Source: the human T2T-CHM13v2.0 reference genome, Homo sapiens. From it: a stretch of DNA of 64,000 nucleotides. The notes beneath the pieces are model-generated. The model was not told where the DNA came from. It made no database searches and saw only the letters and a program-made list of their open reading frames with translations. Numbering within the stretch: the first letter of the stretch is position 1; each line of letters begins with the position of its first letter. The position numbers were made by a program, and so were the translations under genes. Location of the stretch: NCBI RefSeq assembly GCF_009914755.1, contig NC_060947.1. One strand, given 5' to 3'. Below are positions 1 through 35,119 of the stretch, one piece after another.

Positions 1-67
1 TTCCCAAAGGCTGGGCGGAGTGGGGAGTTACTATTAATGGATATGAGGTTTCTGGTGGGGGGGGGTT

Positions 68-409
<342 letters not shown>

Positions 410-660
410 TGAAGGCCAGGTGCTGGAATTTCAGGCTACCGTTATTCTCAAAAAGAATGGCTTGTTGAGCTTAAGTTTAGTGGCAGTAAGGGATAAAGAA
501 CAGTGAAACAAGGAGCATATAGTATTAATCAACTACAGACAACTGCCCTATTTGTAAATAGAAGCAGGGAAATAATATATATGTGTAGTAGCTTATAAAT
601 GCGTAAAAATTATCTGGGAGGATAAGCAAATGTCTCTCAAACATCTAAAAGCTTCCTTCA

Positions 661-1611
<951 letters not shown>

Positions 1612-1620
1612 GAATTAGAA

Positions 1621-1622
<2 letters not shown>

Positions 1623-1656
<34 letters not shown>
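1623..1656. repeat. (CA)n microsatellite
   Basis: Perfect AC run. Confidence 0.95.
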
Positions 1657-1658
<2 letters not shown>

Positions 1659-1769
1659 ATGTGAAGTGTAATGGCAATACCATTTTTTCTATGAGGTTGA
1701 CAAAAATCTGTTGCATTGCTCAGGCTGTTGACAAGGCTGTGGTGAAAATGGCACTCACATACTCATGCT

Positions 1770-2040
1770 AGCTTCTCCTTGCTCTTGCTTGGACCAGCCA
1801 TGCTCGTTCCTACCTCGGGGCCCTTGCACCTGTTGCTCCCTCTGCCTGGAACACCCTTTGCCAAAATAACCATGAGGCTTGCTCCTTTCAGCCAACCTAG
1901 GACCAAATTCATTGCCCCCTCCTTAGTGAAGTCTCGCTGAATGCCTCCTCACCCACCACCTCCCCACACCACTCTCACATCGCTCATTTTCTTCATTGCA
2001 CCATCTTTATGAGGAATGATTTCTCTTTTATTCTCTTTGT
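1770..2040 (-). mobile_element. L2 fragment (resumes at about 2960-3080)
   Basis: L2-typical cctcggggcccttgcacctgttgctccctctgcctggaa, and the 3' end cctagaatagtgcctggcac...gaatgag. Confidence 0.7.
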
Positions 2041-2044
2041 TAGG

Positions 2045-2960
<916 letters not shown>

Positions 2961-3077
2961 TGTCAGAACATCAACTCCAGGGCACTATTGTCTGCTTGGT
3001 TCACTGCTATATCCCCAGCACCTAGAATAGTGCCTGGCACCCAGTAGGCTTTCAGGAGATGTTTACCGAGTGAATGA

Positions 3078-3381
<304 letters not shown>

Positions 3382-3544
3382 AGTGGGTGAAATATTAAGT
3401 TGAGTAGCAAGTTACTGAAAGAGTGAAGTGAATGAATGCATGATCAGGCACAGTCCCACTCGCAGGGCTTCAGTTTGCTCCAGCCTGGACTCCGGCAGGC
3501 TCCCCCAGCAAGACTAAGAGAAAGATCAGAAGGCTGAGTCCAGA

Positions 3545-3940
3545 GTGGTAGCTCAACATCTTTATTTTTCCTCTTTAGCCCGAGGGTAATCCTGACAAAC
3601 AGCTTCAGCCAGGAGGAGGCAGAGAGGACTGGGCTGGGCAAAGGCTCCACCAGGACCTGGCCTCCTCCTCCTCCTCCTCCTCCTCCTCCTCCTCCTCCTC
3701 CTCTTCTTCCTCCTCCTCCTCCTCCCATGGGGTTGGGGTTGGGATTAGGGCCATGATCCAAGCTTGGCATCCCTGGGGAGGAGGGAAGTGGGCCAGTCTG
3801 CAGCCTCTGCTGTCCCCCGCCTCTGACAACCACGTTCATGGGAACCAGCCACCTCCACATGTTGGGCAGGAGGGACCCTAGGGAGCGGCCCTGACCCCTC
3901 CATGTGCATGCGCACAGGGACCTGGGCCAGCAGGGCCTGA
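3545..3940 (-). other. SLC38A5: SLC38A5 3' UTR with AATAAA poly(A) signal
   Basis: tttatt at 3561-3566 is AATAAA on the minus strand, about 375 nt after the stop. The cleavage site (~3545) is estimated. Confidence 0.8.
3661..3723. repeat. (CCT)14(CTT)2(CCT)5 trinucleotide repeat in the SLC38A5 3' UTR
   Basis: Counted directly; reads (GAG/GGA)n in the mRNA. Confidence 0.95.
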
Positions 3941-12929
<8,989 letters not shown>

Positions 12930-14340
12930 CCTGTGGGCAAAGAAATGGGGTGGGGGGATCAGAGATGGAACGAGCATGCTTCAAAGTGAGGGGAGCTGAA
13001 GAAGGGGGGAGGGGAGTCCCATAGAGACCGATGGAAAGACGGAGAAAGAGACAAGGCAGGGGAGCAGGAACAGACAGGGATAGAAATGGAGGCAGACTGA
13101 CAGAGAAAGAGATGAGAGAGAGAGAAGAACAAAAATCAGAGAAGGAGAGAAGCCAACAGTTAGTTACTCAGAGAGACACAGAGAGAGCCAGTGAGAGAGA
13201 AATAGTGGGGAAGAGAGAGACAGAAAGCTACAGAGAGAGCCGGACCCCAGCGCAGATGAGCCGACCACGTGGAGAAGGGATAGCCTCTCCTCCCAGACCC
13301 CAGACTCACGCTGTCTCTCTTGCCATCTGTGTCTTTCATTCCCCGGTCCCCCGCGCCACCCCCTCTCCTTCCCTCCACCCTCACCGCGTGGCCAGGCGGC
13401 TCACTCCTTGCAGGGACACGTGTCGGCCTGGCTGCCCCACCCCTCCTAATGCCCTCACCCCCCTCCTTCCCGCCTGGGCCCCCAAGCCCGAGACCAGAGC
13501 TAATGCAACCTGTTGAGTGAGCTGAGGGTTGGGGACAGACTCGGAGACCCCTGCCCCAGACGCTGCAAACTGCTCTCTGCCACGACTCTGAATATCCTCA
13601 CTAGAAGCCAAAGACAAGTGCCCGAACCGAGCCCCTTCCCAGGGACAGAAATGACCCAGGGACTCCCATTTGACCCCAATTCTAGGGCCTAGAGGTCTTT
13701 TCCAGGGCCCCTAGCAAGTCTTAAACACTCATCTTCTGGCAGAAGTCAATTTGGAGACACTGCCAGACTTGAGAAACTTCCTAGGTGTGGGGTGTGGGGT
13801 GTCTCAGGAACCTGGCCCGAGCCCTCATTTCCCCTCCGGAGGAAGAGCTATTTCTGAGACCTTCATCAAAGACCCCCTCCCGTGGCCTACCGAGTTTCCT
13901 GGGGTGGGGGTGTCTCTGCAATCCCCACCCGAGCCTGGAGCCCCTGTCTTGTAGGTACAGCGTCTCTGAAGAAACCCCAGCTCCCTCCCGCGCTTACTCC
14001 TTGGGAAGGAGGTATCTCAGAAACCCCCATTCAAGGTCCCCATTAGAGCTCAAACTGGCTCAGGAAATCCTTTTCCCAAGTCCTGAATCCCGTTCCTGGG
14101 ACAGGGAGGGTCTCAAGGAGTCCCATCCCCCACCACCAGCACCCTCCGGAGCCTCCCACCCACACCTGAATTCACTTCCTGGGATCAGGGTACAAAAAGG
14201 ACCTCCCCATACACGCCATTCCATTCCCCACTAGTGCTAAAATGTCTCCAAGGAACCCCGAGCCCCCTCCCAGGACCCCTACTCATATCTCAGGCCCCCA
14301 GGAACACCATCCCCGCAGCCCACGCTCCCTCCTCACCTAC

Positions 14341-14442
14341 CTGCTCCTCTCAGCTCCTGAAGTGGCCGCAACTCAGACTCAGGTTCGGGCACCCTCTCGG
14401 CTGCCTAGGCTCCTGCTCTGGAGCGGTACTTTTTTTTTTTTC
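14341..14442 (-). other. SLC38A5: Probable SLC38A5 non-coding 5' UTR exon
   Basis: Minus strand: branch-like attaac plus tttcttctcag acceptor ending at 14443; donor CAG/gtaggt at 14340. Confidence 0.65.
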
Positions 14443-15187
14443 CTGAGAAGAAATGTTAATTTTAATTTCGTTTCCCTCCTTCTGGCCCTGGGCGGGGGAA
14501 GAGGTGGAGAAGGGGCGCCCCCTATCTGGACCCACTTGGAGGGAGACAGCGGTTTGTTTGTGTGTTGATGGTGGGGGAAATGGCCTGAAAGATTGAGGGT
14601 GTAGACCCACAGCTAGAGAGAGTGACAGGCAGACAGAGGGGATGGACTCACAGAGCAGACGGACAGCAGGATGGGATGGATGGCAGAAAAAGGTGCAGAG
14701 AGGAGACAGAGAGAGAGTAGGAGAACTGAAGTTACAAAGAAAGCAGGCATGAGAAACAGCACAGGAACAGACAGACCACAGAAGGGACAGAAAGACAGAT
14801 GGGCGGGAGGAGGGGATGCTAGGGGAGCTTGGAAGACAGGCAGAGACAGGGAGAAAGGGACACACAGGCAGACTCAGAAACAAACAGGTGGGTAGGGATA
14901 GGCTCGTGGAAACACCTGCAGAAAGGCAACAGGCAATTGGGCTCAGTCATAGACAGGAGACACAGGCTGGCCAAGAGGTGGGGGACAGAGCCAGACAGCT
15001 CCCCAAACAGAGGGTAGGACCAGACACACCAGCTCAGAGAGATGAAGGGGCAGAGAGAGTGGTTGAGGCAGAGAGACTCCTGGAGGGACAGGAGAAAAGA
15101 GGCAGAGAGAGGCAGATTCAGGCAGAGAGGCCTGGGGACAGCAGGGGAACAGGTGCAGGGGTAGTAGCCAGGCTATTCCAGGCAGAC

Positions 15188-15480
15188 CTCAGGCAGACAG
15201 CCTAGGCACGAGAGGACCCTAGATCTTGGGGGCCCCCAGAGGGAGGCAGGGAGGGCATTTGTGGCTGGGTGGGGAATGTGGACTGTGAACTCACACTGTC
15301 CGCAAACTGGGCGGGCACTGTAGTCCTGGACCCCACCCCAAGCGTGGGGTGGGGCTTGTCCAAGCCCTGAGAAGTCCCACTATCTGTCTGTCCGTCTGTC
15401 TTCTATGGGAGTCCGTCTGTTCACTCCCCTCCAGGCATATGACAGGCATGCCTGTCCCAGGCAAGCCACGTGTCCGCTAC
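15188..15480 (-). promoter_or_regulatory. SLC38A5: Probable SLC38A5 first exon and proximal promoter
   Basis: Candidate donor GAG/gtctgc at 15187; GC/GT boxes (gggcggg 15308-15314, ccccaccc/ggggtgggg 15330-15354); E-box CACGTG 15467-15472. The TSS cannot be read from sequence. Confidence 0.45.
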
Positions 15481-16414
15481 AGGATGTCAGGCAGGGTGGA
15501 CTTGGGGTCTGGGACCACCTCGACTGGGCTGCTTGAAGCCCAGGTGGACAAGAGGCCTCTGTCTGGGCCCCTCGCCCGCCTGCCCACCCCCGACAGGGAA
15601 CACAGAATTCCCGGAAAGGCCAGGAGCTGGCTGGGGCTTCAAAGCTGGCCTAGATGCCCTCACCCCACCCACAGTTGGAGGAGGACAAGGGATGGGGCGT
15701 TTACTTCCCCACAGCGGGAGAGAGACTCCTGCACACTCAGGAATCGCAGCTACACAACAGGACCCATCACAGCCCCATCAAGGGGCTCAGATACGGGGGC
15801 CAACTCGCCATCACTCACAGAGGTGCACAAAGACTCACAGCCACACAAGAGAATAAAGACTGACAGACATGAACACACACAGACTCACCACTGCACGTTA
15901 AGAGCAATGGCTCATGGGACAGTCACACACGTGGCCACACAGAGTGACGATAGTCTTACAGCTATCAATACCGACAGGCTCAGAGCCGCTCACAGAGAGC
16001 ACAGACTAACACAGGGATAGGCTTGTGCCGATTTCCAGACACTCGAGACTCCTGAACCTCACCGCCCGTGGACCCACAGCCATGCCAAAGACAATCAACA
16101 GGCAAATCACACACACAGATTCACAGCCACACACAGAGCACACAATTACACACAGCTGATGACATTGTGTGTGGGTCCTGGGTCTTTCCCACACACACGA
16201 TCCAGGTTCAGATGGCCCTGGATCTGAACCTGAATCCAGGTTCAGATGACCCTGGAGGCAAACTTCCAGGTTCAAGCCCTAAAATGATATCTCTGTGTAT
16301 GTGAACTTGAATGTGCACTTGTGACCACATGTAACCACATACAGCTCCAGTCACAGAGAGAGGCACTCATAGGCTGACATGATTTTTGTACAAACAGAAA
16401 AGCCATAGTCTCCT

Positions 16415-16464
<50 letters not shown>

Positions 16465-16958
16465 ACTGCATTTCAGCAAATGGCTGCACACAGCCGTGTA
16501 CACACACAGCTAGTCACAAATCAAGTCAGAAAAGAAACATATAGGGAAAGCATATACCTGCACACAAACACAAAGCACAGGAATGCAGAGTACGCTTACT
16601 ATCGTTGCAAAGAAAAAATCCAGAAACCACACTGAAAGCTACACAAGGAAAAAACAAGAGAACCAGATAGTACTCATACCATGGCACCAGAAGAAACACC
16701 CCGAGGGCACACATACCTGCAGCCACTCGCTAAGAAGAGACACAAATACAGCAGCAGACACACAAAGAAAGATACGTGCGCATAGATACACATATAGGAG
16801 GGACAAGTACTCTGACACACTTGTCACCCACGACCATTACAAAGGAGACAAACACCCAAGCAACACACACACACAACAACATATAGATGAACTGCACCGA
16901 CAGACAGTACCAATGCACACGGTTGCCAAAAAAAAAAAAAAAAAAAAGGTATGAGTTG

Positions 16959-17448
<490 letters not shown>

Positions 17449-18309
17449 CTACTCTGATTTCTCTCTCCCCTCATACCCCTCCCCCACCCAGAGCCATTAC
17501 ACATCTGTGCTACCAGCTGGCCAGGGAAAGAGACACCTGTCACTAGAGGCTTTGACCCAGATGGCTAAAGGTCGGGGGGTGGGGGGGATGCAGGTATCCA
17601 TATTTCAAGTCTGAAGTGTCCCGTCCAAATAACTAGCATACTTTATTTGGATTTAAAAAAAAAAAAAAAAGACAACCCCCCTCCCCTCTGCATCCATTCG
17701 CCGCCTCCCTGCCACAGCCTCCTGCTCTGATTGCTCCCCTTCCCTCCCAGGGCCTGCCTCTACTGGCCTTCCAACATGGACCAACACAGGGCTACCAGGC
17801 ACACAGCAGGCGCTCAACAAAGGCCACTTATCTAATGTCGTATTATTATCATTACTTTTATTTCTGCCAAAGGAACTCTTCTACGGGAGAGATGAACCTC
17901 CATCCAGCTCTGAGAACCCGACAGCTCTGCTAAGTTTCAGGGCACTGCAGATAGCAGGTGCTCAACATAAGCCGGTATGGCAGCGGGAAAACAAAGGGAA
18001 TGTGTGATCTGGCTGCTTAGAGGAATTTGCTTTAGAAGGAACAGATGTCTTTAAGCAGGACCGAGGCCTTGAGGCTGTGCCAGGGATAAGAACACTTTGT
18101 TAGTTCATCAAAGTAGGGCTCCTTCTCAGGGTCATTTAAGGTTTCTGTTGGTTCAGTAAACCAGACCCTTGTGTGACACATGGGAGTCCCGTGAAATCTG
18201 TTAAAAGTCACTTTGGGTTATCATCAGTTCTAAGGAGACATTTGATGAAAACAGCTCACTTCCCGGTAGCATCCAGGGGAGGGAGGGACACAGTGAAGCA
18301 GTTAACAGC

Positions 18310-18510
18310 AAAAGCTTTCTCAGCTCTGCCACTTATTAGCTGTGTGGCTAAACAAGCAAATTCCTAAACCTCACTGAGTCTCAGCTTCCTCAAGGGCCTA
18401 ATAACGCCTAACTCATTGGGCTATCGAGACAATTGAATTAATTAACACAGGCAGAGCACTTAAGACAATGCTTTACACATAGTTATTGCTCAATACATAT
18501 TTGTGGGAGG
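18310..18510 (+). mobile_element. MIR fragment
   Basis: cagctctgccacttattagctgtgtg...aacctcactgagtctcagcttcctca is the MIR core. Confidence 0.75.
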
Positions 18511-19366
18511 AATTAATGATTTCTTCTCTGCGAAAGCAAAGTCCCACTTGCTGGGCTGCATATGGGATTCCAATCTGTCCTTTCATGCAGGCTCCCCACG
18601 GAGTAACTCTTTCCAGTCACTTCCTTTCCTCAAAGCAGCCCCTGGGCAGCAAAGTCCTAGTCCCCTGCCCCTGGGCCACCCCCCTCGTTCCCTCACACTG
18701 CTAAGATGCCCCCACCGGGAAAGAGCTGGCCTGGCAGCTCCCCCTTCCTTGACCCCTCCAGGAGGCCAAGGGAAGGACACCTTTACACTCAGTGGGGTGC
18801 CGGGTGGGAGCTGCAGGCCGACACCCTACTTCGGGAAGAGCCTGGAGAGTTCAGAGCCTGGCTCCTGTCCCCCAAACCCCCGGTCCTGCTGGAGGAAGCA
18901 AGTTTCTTTGCTAAAAGTTAAACATCCTCTTCGTGAGCGACAAGAAAACAGGACGTGGGAAGCGTCCCACAGGGTGAACATGGGCCCCCAATGCCTGGCA
19001 CCCCCTCCTCTCTTGTGGAGCGGAGGCCTGGTGGCTCGAACCCTTCCTTTCTCACACTCGCTCGCCTCTGCAGGGGAGTCATGTTCCCACAGTCCCACAA
19101 TGCCCTTGAGTTCTGCTGACAAAGCTCTGGCTTCTTCCCTGGTTCTCAGAGTCTCTACGCCTCCACCCAGGGCTCCATAGAAATGCAGGACGCACCACTG
19201 GGGAAAAAATTAAGGAACGAAGCAACAAAAGGATGAATTCAACCAACATTTATTGAACACCAACTGTGCGCCACCCCTGTTCCAGGCACTGGGAGGCAGC
19301 AGTGAACATGACAGAACAGGAATCCCTGCCTGGTGAAGCTCGTGTGCTAAGGAATCAATCATTCTG

Positions 19367-19800
19367 TTTTTTTTTTTTTTCTTGAGACAGGGTCTCACTC
19401 TGTCGCCCAAGCTGGAGTGCAGTAGCACGATGTCGGCTCACTGCAACCTCCACCTCCCAGGTTCAAGTGATCCTCCCACCTTGGCCTCCTGAGTAGCTGG
19501 GACTAGAGGTGCGCATCACCACGCCCAGCTAATTTTTGTATTTTTAGTAGAGACGGGGTTGCACTATGTTGGCCAGGCTGGTCTCCAACTCCTGACCTCA
19601 AGTGATCCCCCCGCCTCGCCCTCCCAAAGTTCTGGGATTATAGGCGTGAGCCACTGCATCCAGCCCTTTTATTTTTTAAAGAGACATGGGTTCTCGCTAT
19701 GTTGCCCAGACTAGATTCAAACCCCTGGGCTCCAGGGATCCTCCCACCTCAGCCTCTGGAGTAGCTGGGACTAAAGGCACATGCCGCCGCCCCTGGCTAA
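19367..19800 (-). mobile_element. Alu plus adjacent Alu fragment
   Basis: Reverse Alu consensus. Confidence 0.9.
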
Positions 19801-19849
19801 TACTCATATGCATGTTGCCAGGATTAAAATGAATGAACAAAGGGAAGGA

Positions 19850-20531
<682 letters not shown>

Positions 20532-20779
20532 AGGGCATTTAGAGCCTAGCACATGGTAAACACTATGATAAACGTTTTCATTATTTTTCCGTTTGTCCAC
20601 TGGGTCAGGATGTATAGTCTTTTTTTGTGTCTGGGATGGAATTTAAAATATTTGAAGATCACAGAATTACAAAAGCCCAGAGAGTGGCTAAGCTACACCT
20701 ATTTAACCCTCCCAATAATGCTGTTAAGTCTATACTATTGATTATCCCCACTTTCCAGACAGGGAAACTGAAGTTCTGA

Positions 20780-21660
20780 GGCAGTAAAACTCAGGCAGCG
20801 CCATGCATTAGCTGTAGTGCGATCTGAAATTGCAGCCGAGCAGCCTCCGCGCGCTCGCGCACTTCAAGAACGCATTTTCCTTACTGTCACGTTTATGCCC
20901 CGAGTGGTAATTTCGCTTCCCGGCACGCGAAAAATGAATGGGCGCCATCTTGCGCGTGGCATCTTGGGAAATGTAGTTTACAGGCTCAATAACAAGCACG
21001 GTCCAAGAAGGGAGGGGCGGGGGAGCAAATCGATCTTGGCCTCGGAAGAAAAAGAACAAAGAATCGCTGGCAACTTGCGCGTCGCGTCGCTGCAGCCACG
21101 CAGTGCGTGGATTCAGCCGCTTTGGCCGTGCCCGTTGCATGCCGGGAAACGCAGTTCGCGAGCCCCGGATACGTCGACAATAGATGACGGGGCTCACGTT
21201 GTACGTTCACATCAGGTCCCGGCCCGCCGGAACCTGGGCGATCCACGATGCCGAGTTTGCCACGCTGCGACAGCCCATAGGCTTGCCCCCCCGGGCATTC
21301 GGGTGGACTACGAACACAAACTGAAGCCCTAGGACTTGTCGCCCGTTTGCGCTCTCGCCGAGGCACAGGCTGCTCGCGGACCACCCTGCTCCGAAAACTA
21401 AGGTGGGCCCTGGGGCGCGGAGGACAGGAATGCGGGCGGAGGCTATTGAGGCACGCCTGCACTGTCCCGCCTGCGGGGAAAGGAGGGAGGTCCGCCCTGG
21501 GCGCCGTAGCTGTGTATGGTTCGGGCGGCTGGCACCGGGTGGGTTCTAGACCCAAGGTTTGTCTGCAGAAGGGGACCAGTAGACGGGGTGGATTCGAGGT
21601 GGGGACATGGGACGCAGCGGTCGGAGCCGCCTGGAGGGGTACCCGGTGGTCCCGATGGAG
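20780..21660 (+). promoter_or_regulatory. FTSJ1: CpG-island promoter and non-coding exon 1 of FTSJ1
   Basis: High CpG density; YY1-type CGCCATCTT 20943-20951; ZNF143/THAP11-type ACTACAnnTCCCA motif on minus strand 20958-20979; GC box 21011-21022; exon 1 donor AAG/gtgggc after 21402. Confidence 0.85.
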
Positions 21661-22999
21661 CTATCATCTTTGAGGTATTGATGAGGAGGGACGGGGAGTG
21701 TGGTCAGAAGGCTGTTTTGGGAGGTTGGGTGGAGCGTGAGGGTGGGGTGTTACTGGGGAATCAATGGGGGCTAATAAGAATATTTTAGTCGAACTGTTGT
21801 TCATTGATTGATTAATGAGGGGATGGCAGAGTAAGCAACTAGAATATAACGAGTGATGGATGGGAAAATGATCCCCCAGGTATTGATGGAGGTATGATAT
21901 TCAACGGGTTAATGGAAAGTGATGGGGCATCGTAATGGCAAGGATGATGGTGAGGTTGTGGGGGGAATAATAGATGGATGGAGGTCATGATCAAGGGGCC
22001 TTGGTGAAAGAAAAGATAATGAGAGGCTGATGGTGTTGTAGTCAGAGTCAGTAGTTGGGCTATGGTGGCATGACCGTCGAGGAATTAGGGGACAGAGTGA
22101 GTAAAGAGAGGGCAATAGTAAACTAGGGTTGGGGGGGTTAACTTCTGTTGATACATAGTAGGTGAATAGTAAACTGTTGGAGTGTGATCATCCAGTGATG
22201 GATCCATGGAGAGCAGGGTGGACAGTGAGGGGAGAATGGGGAACTGATGTGTGATCAGTTAACGTGTTTGTTAATGAAAGAGTTACAGGGCAGGAGGCTA
22301 GTGCTGTGATCTATGAAGGGTCTATTGGAGAAAACTGAGTTAATGGGGGCTGATAAATCAGTAATTGAATGCTTAATGGGGAGCTAATAGACCATGATTC
22401 TCCAGGCATTGTTAGAGGTTCATAAGGATGTAGTAATAAAGGGGCCTAATCATCTAAGGGATTAATGGCGAATGGGGTGAAACGAGAGAGATATAGGGAG
22501 TGGGAGGTACAATGAAGTAGTATTAGGATAAAGGTGGAAAACAAGGGATTAATGGGGGCTAATAGGACTATATGAATCTAGGGGCAATGGGGACAACTGG
22601 GGATACAGTCAGTGAGATTTTAATGGGCATGACATGAGCAGAGAAGGGTTGATAGTGGCAGTTGCAGGGTTTAATGTGTGGAGTGTGGGTGACAGTGATG
22701 GGAGGTGGACAGGTTCACAAGTGGGCCATCTATGGGATGAATGTTGGGTTTATGGGGTCTTTTGTGGGAACTGTGGGGTAAGTGATGGGGGCGAGGAGGG
22801 TCTGTGTGATAAGCAGTGGAGCCTGAGAGTTCAGTGATTGGGTCCTTCAGGCCCTATAAGGTCAGTGGGGTCAGTGCCAGGGCTTCAGTCAGCCCATCTT
22901 CTGTGTGAGCTGTCATGTGGGTCAGATGAGCCCAGTTTAGTTTGTGTGGTTCTCTCCGCCCTACAGAGGTAGGTGGTAGCCCATTCATCTGGTTACTGA

Positions 23000-28024
<5,025 letters not shown>

Positions 28025-28511
28025 CCCATTACGGTAAGTTTGCCTTGTTATCTAAGAGTTTGAGTAAGGGCAACCTTTATGAAAAACCTCAGTAAAATTT
28101 CACCTTTGAAATTTTTATGTCAACTGATAAGATTTTAATCAACAAACCCTTTTCTAAACATCTGTTGTTGTATGCCAGGAACTGCTTTAAGCATTTTACA
28201 TTTGAGGCATTCAGTAAACATTTATTGAGCACATACTGTATGTCAGGTGTTGTTCTAGGTTTGGAGATAGAGCAGGGAGCAAAACAGAAATATCTTGGCT
28301 CTCACAGTACTTCCAGTTTGGAAAAGAGGCAACAATCAAAACAGTCTGTAAGTGCAAGAGTTTACATACACATATATACTATATAGCTTGCATTTCTCAA
28401 TTTACATATCTTGCAATATATATAATATATAAGAGTAATATGGGATATAAAAAATAGAAAAAAGTAAAGCAGGGTGAAGAGAATCAGGAATTCTAGGCAT
28501 GGCAGTTTTCA

Positions 28512-30720
<2,209 letters not shown>

Positions 30721-30742
30721 ACTTTCTTTGACTTTTGGTTAG

Positions 30743-31798
<1,056 letters not shown>

Positions 31799-31814
31799 TC
31801 TTAAAGAAACGTCA

Positions 31815-32113
<299 letters not shown>

Positions 32114-32239
32114 TCAGAAAGTCTACCTGGACTGCAGTCCTAAATTTCTATAACTTAATGAACAGGAGCTGACAGAAACTCCCCAGCTACACGAACAGAA
32201 CTGTTTTCTACAGCTTAATCCTGTGTCCTTAGAAATTCA

Positions 32240-34657
<2,418 letters not shown>

Positions 34658-34767
34658 TTATTGTTTGTCAAAACTCAGAGAACTGTATGCCAAAAGGGTG
34701 AACTTTAGCGTATGTAAATTATAACTCTTTACATTTAAGTTATAACTTTTGGAAAATGTGCAGTACT

Positions 34768-34949
34768 GGCCAGGCATGGTGGCTCATGCCTGTAATCCCA
34801 GCACTTTGGGAGGCTGAGGTGGGAGGATCGTTTTAGCCTGGGAGATTGAGGCGGCAGTGAGCTGAGATCATGCTGCTGCCCTCCAGCCTGGACAACAGAG
34901 CAAGACCCTGTTTTGAAGAAAAAACAAAAAACAAAACAAAACAAAAAAA
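34768..34949 (+). mobile_element. Short monomer-length Alu
   Basis: Alu 5' end fused to a right-arm 3' end; TSD gtgcagtact on both sides. Confidence 0.85.
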
Positions 34950-35119
34950 GTGCAGTACTTTGCAAGCAATAAAGATTTCTATTTCTGCAAGAGAGGCTGT
35001 GCTCATGCCTGTCCTTACCCCTCTCCTTCCTGCACAAACACATCTCAGGAATGCACCTGAGGAAAAGGAGGGAGCCGGGGCCTCCCTCAACTGCTCAAGG
35101 TAGTGCTCCCTTTGTTGTC

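Noticed and set aside
3605-3829. 74-aa ORF with a poly-Glu tract
   Set aside because: It is the 3' UTR triplet repeat read in another frame, with no independent start context or splice support.
15349-16020. 223-aa plus-strand ORF upstream of SLC38A5
   Set aside because: Non-ATG start, no recognisable domain, GC- and CA-rich composition that avoids stops by chance.
18503-19180. 225-aa plus-strand ORF
   Set aside because: Starts at GTG at the edge of a MIR, Pro/Ser-rich with no domain or exon structure.
20808-21788. Several overlapping 100-190 aa ORFs on both strands
   Set aside because: Expected stop depletion in a CpG island; only the short uORFs were kept as candidates.
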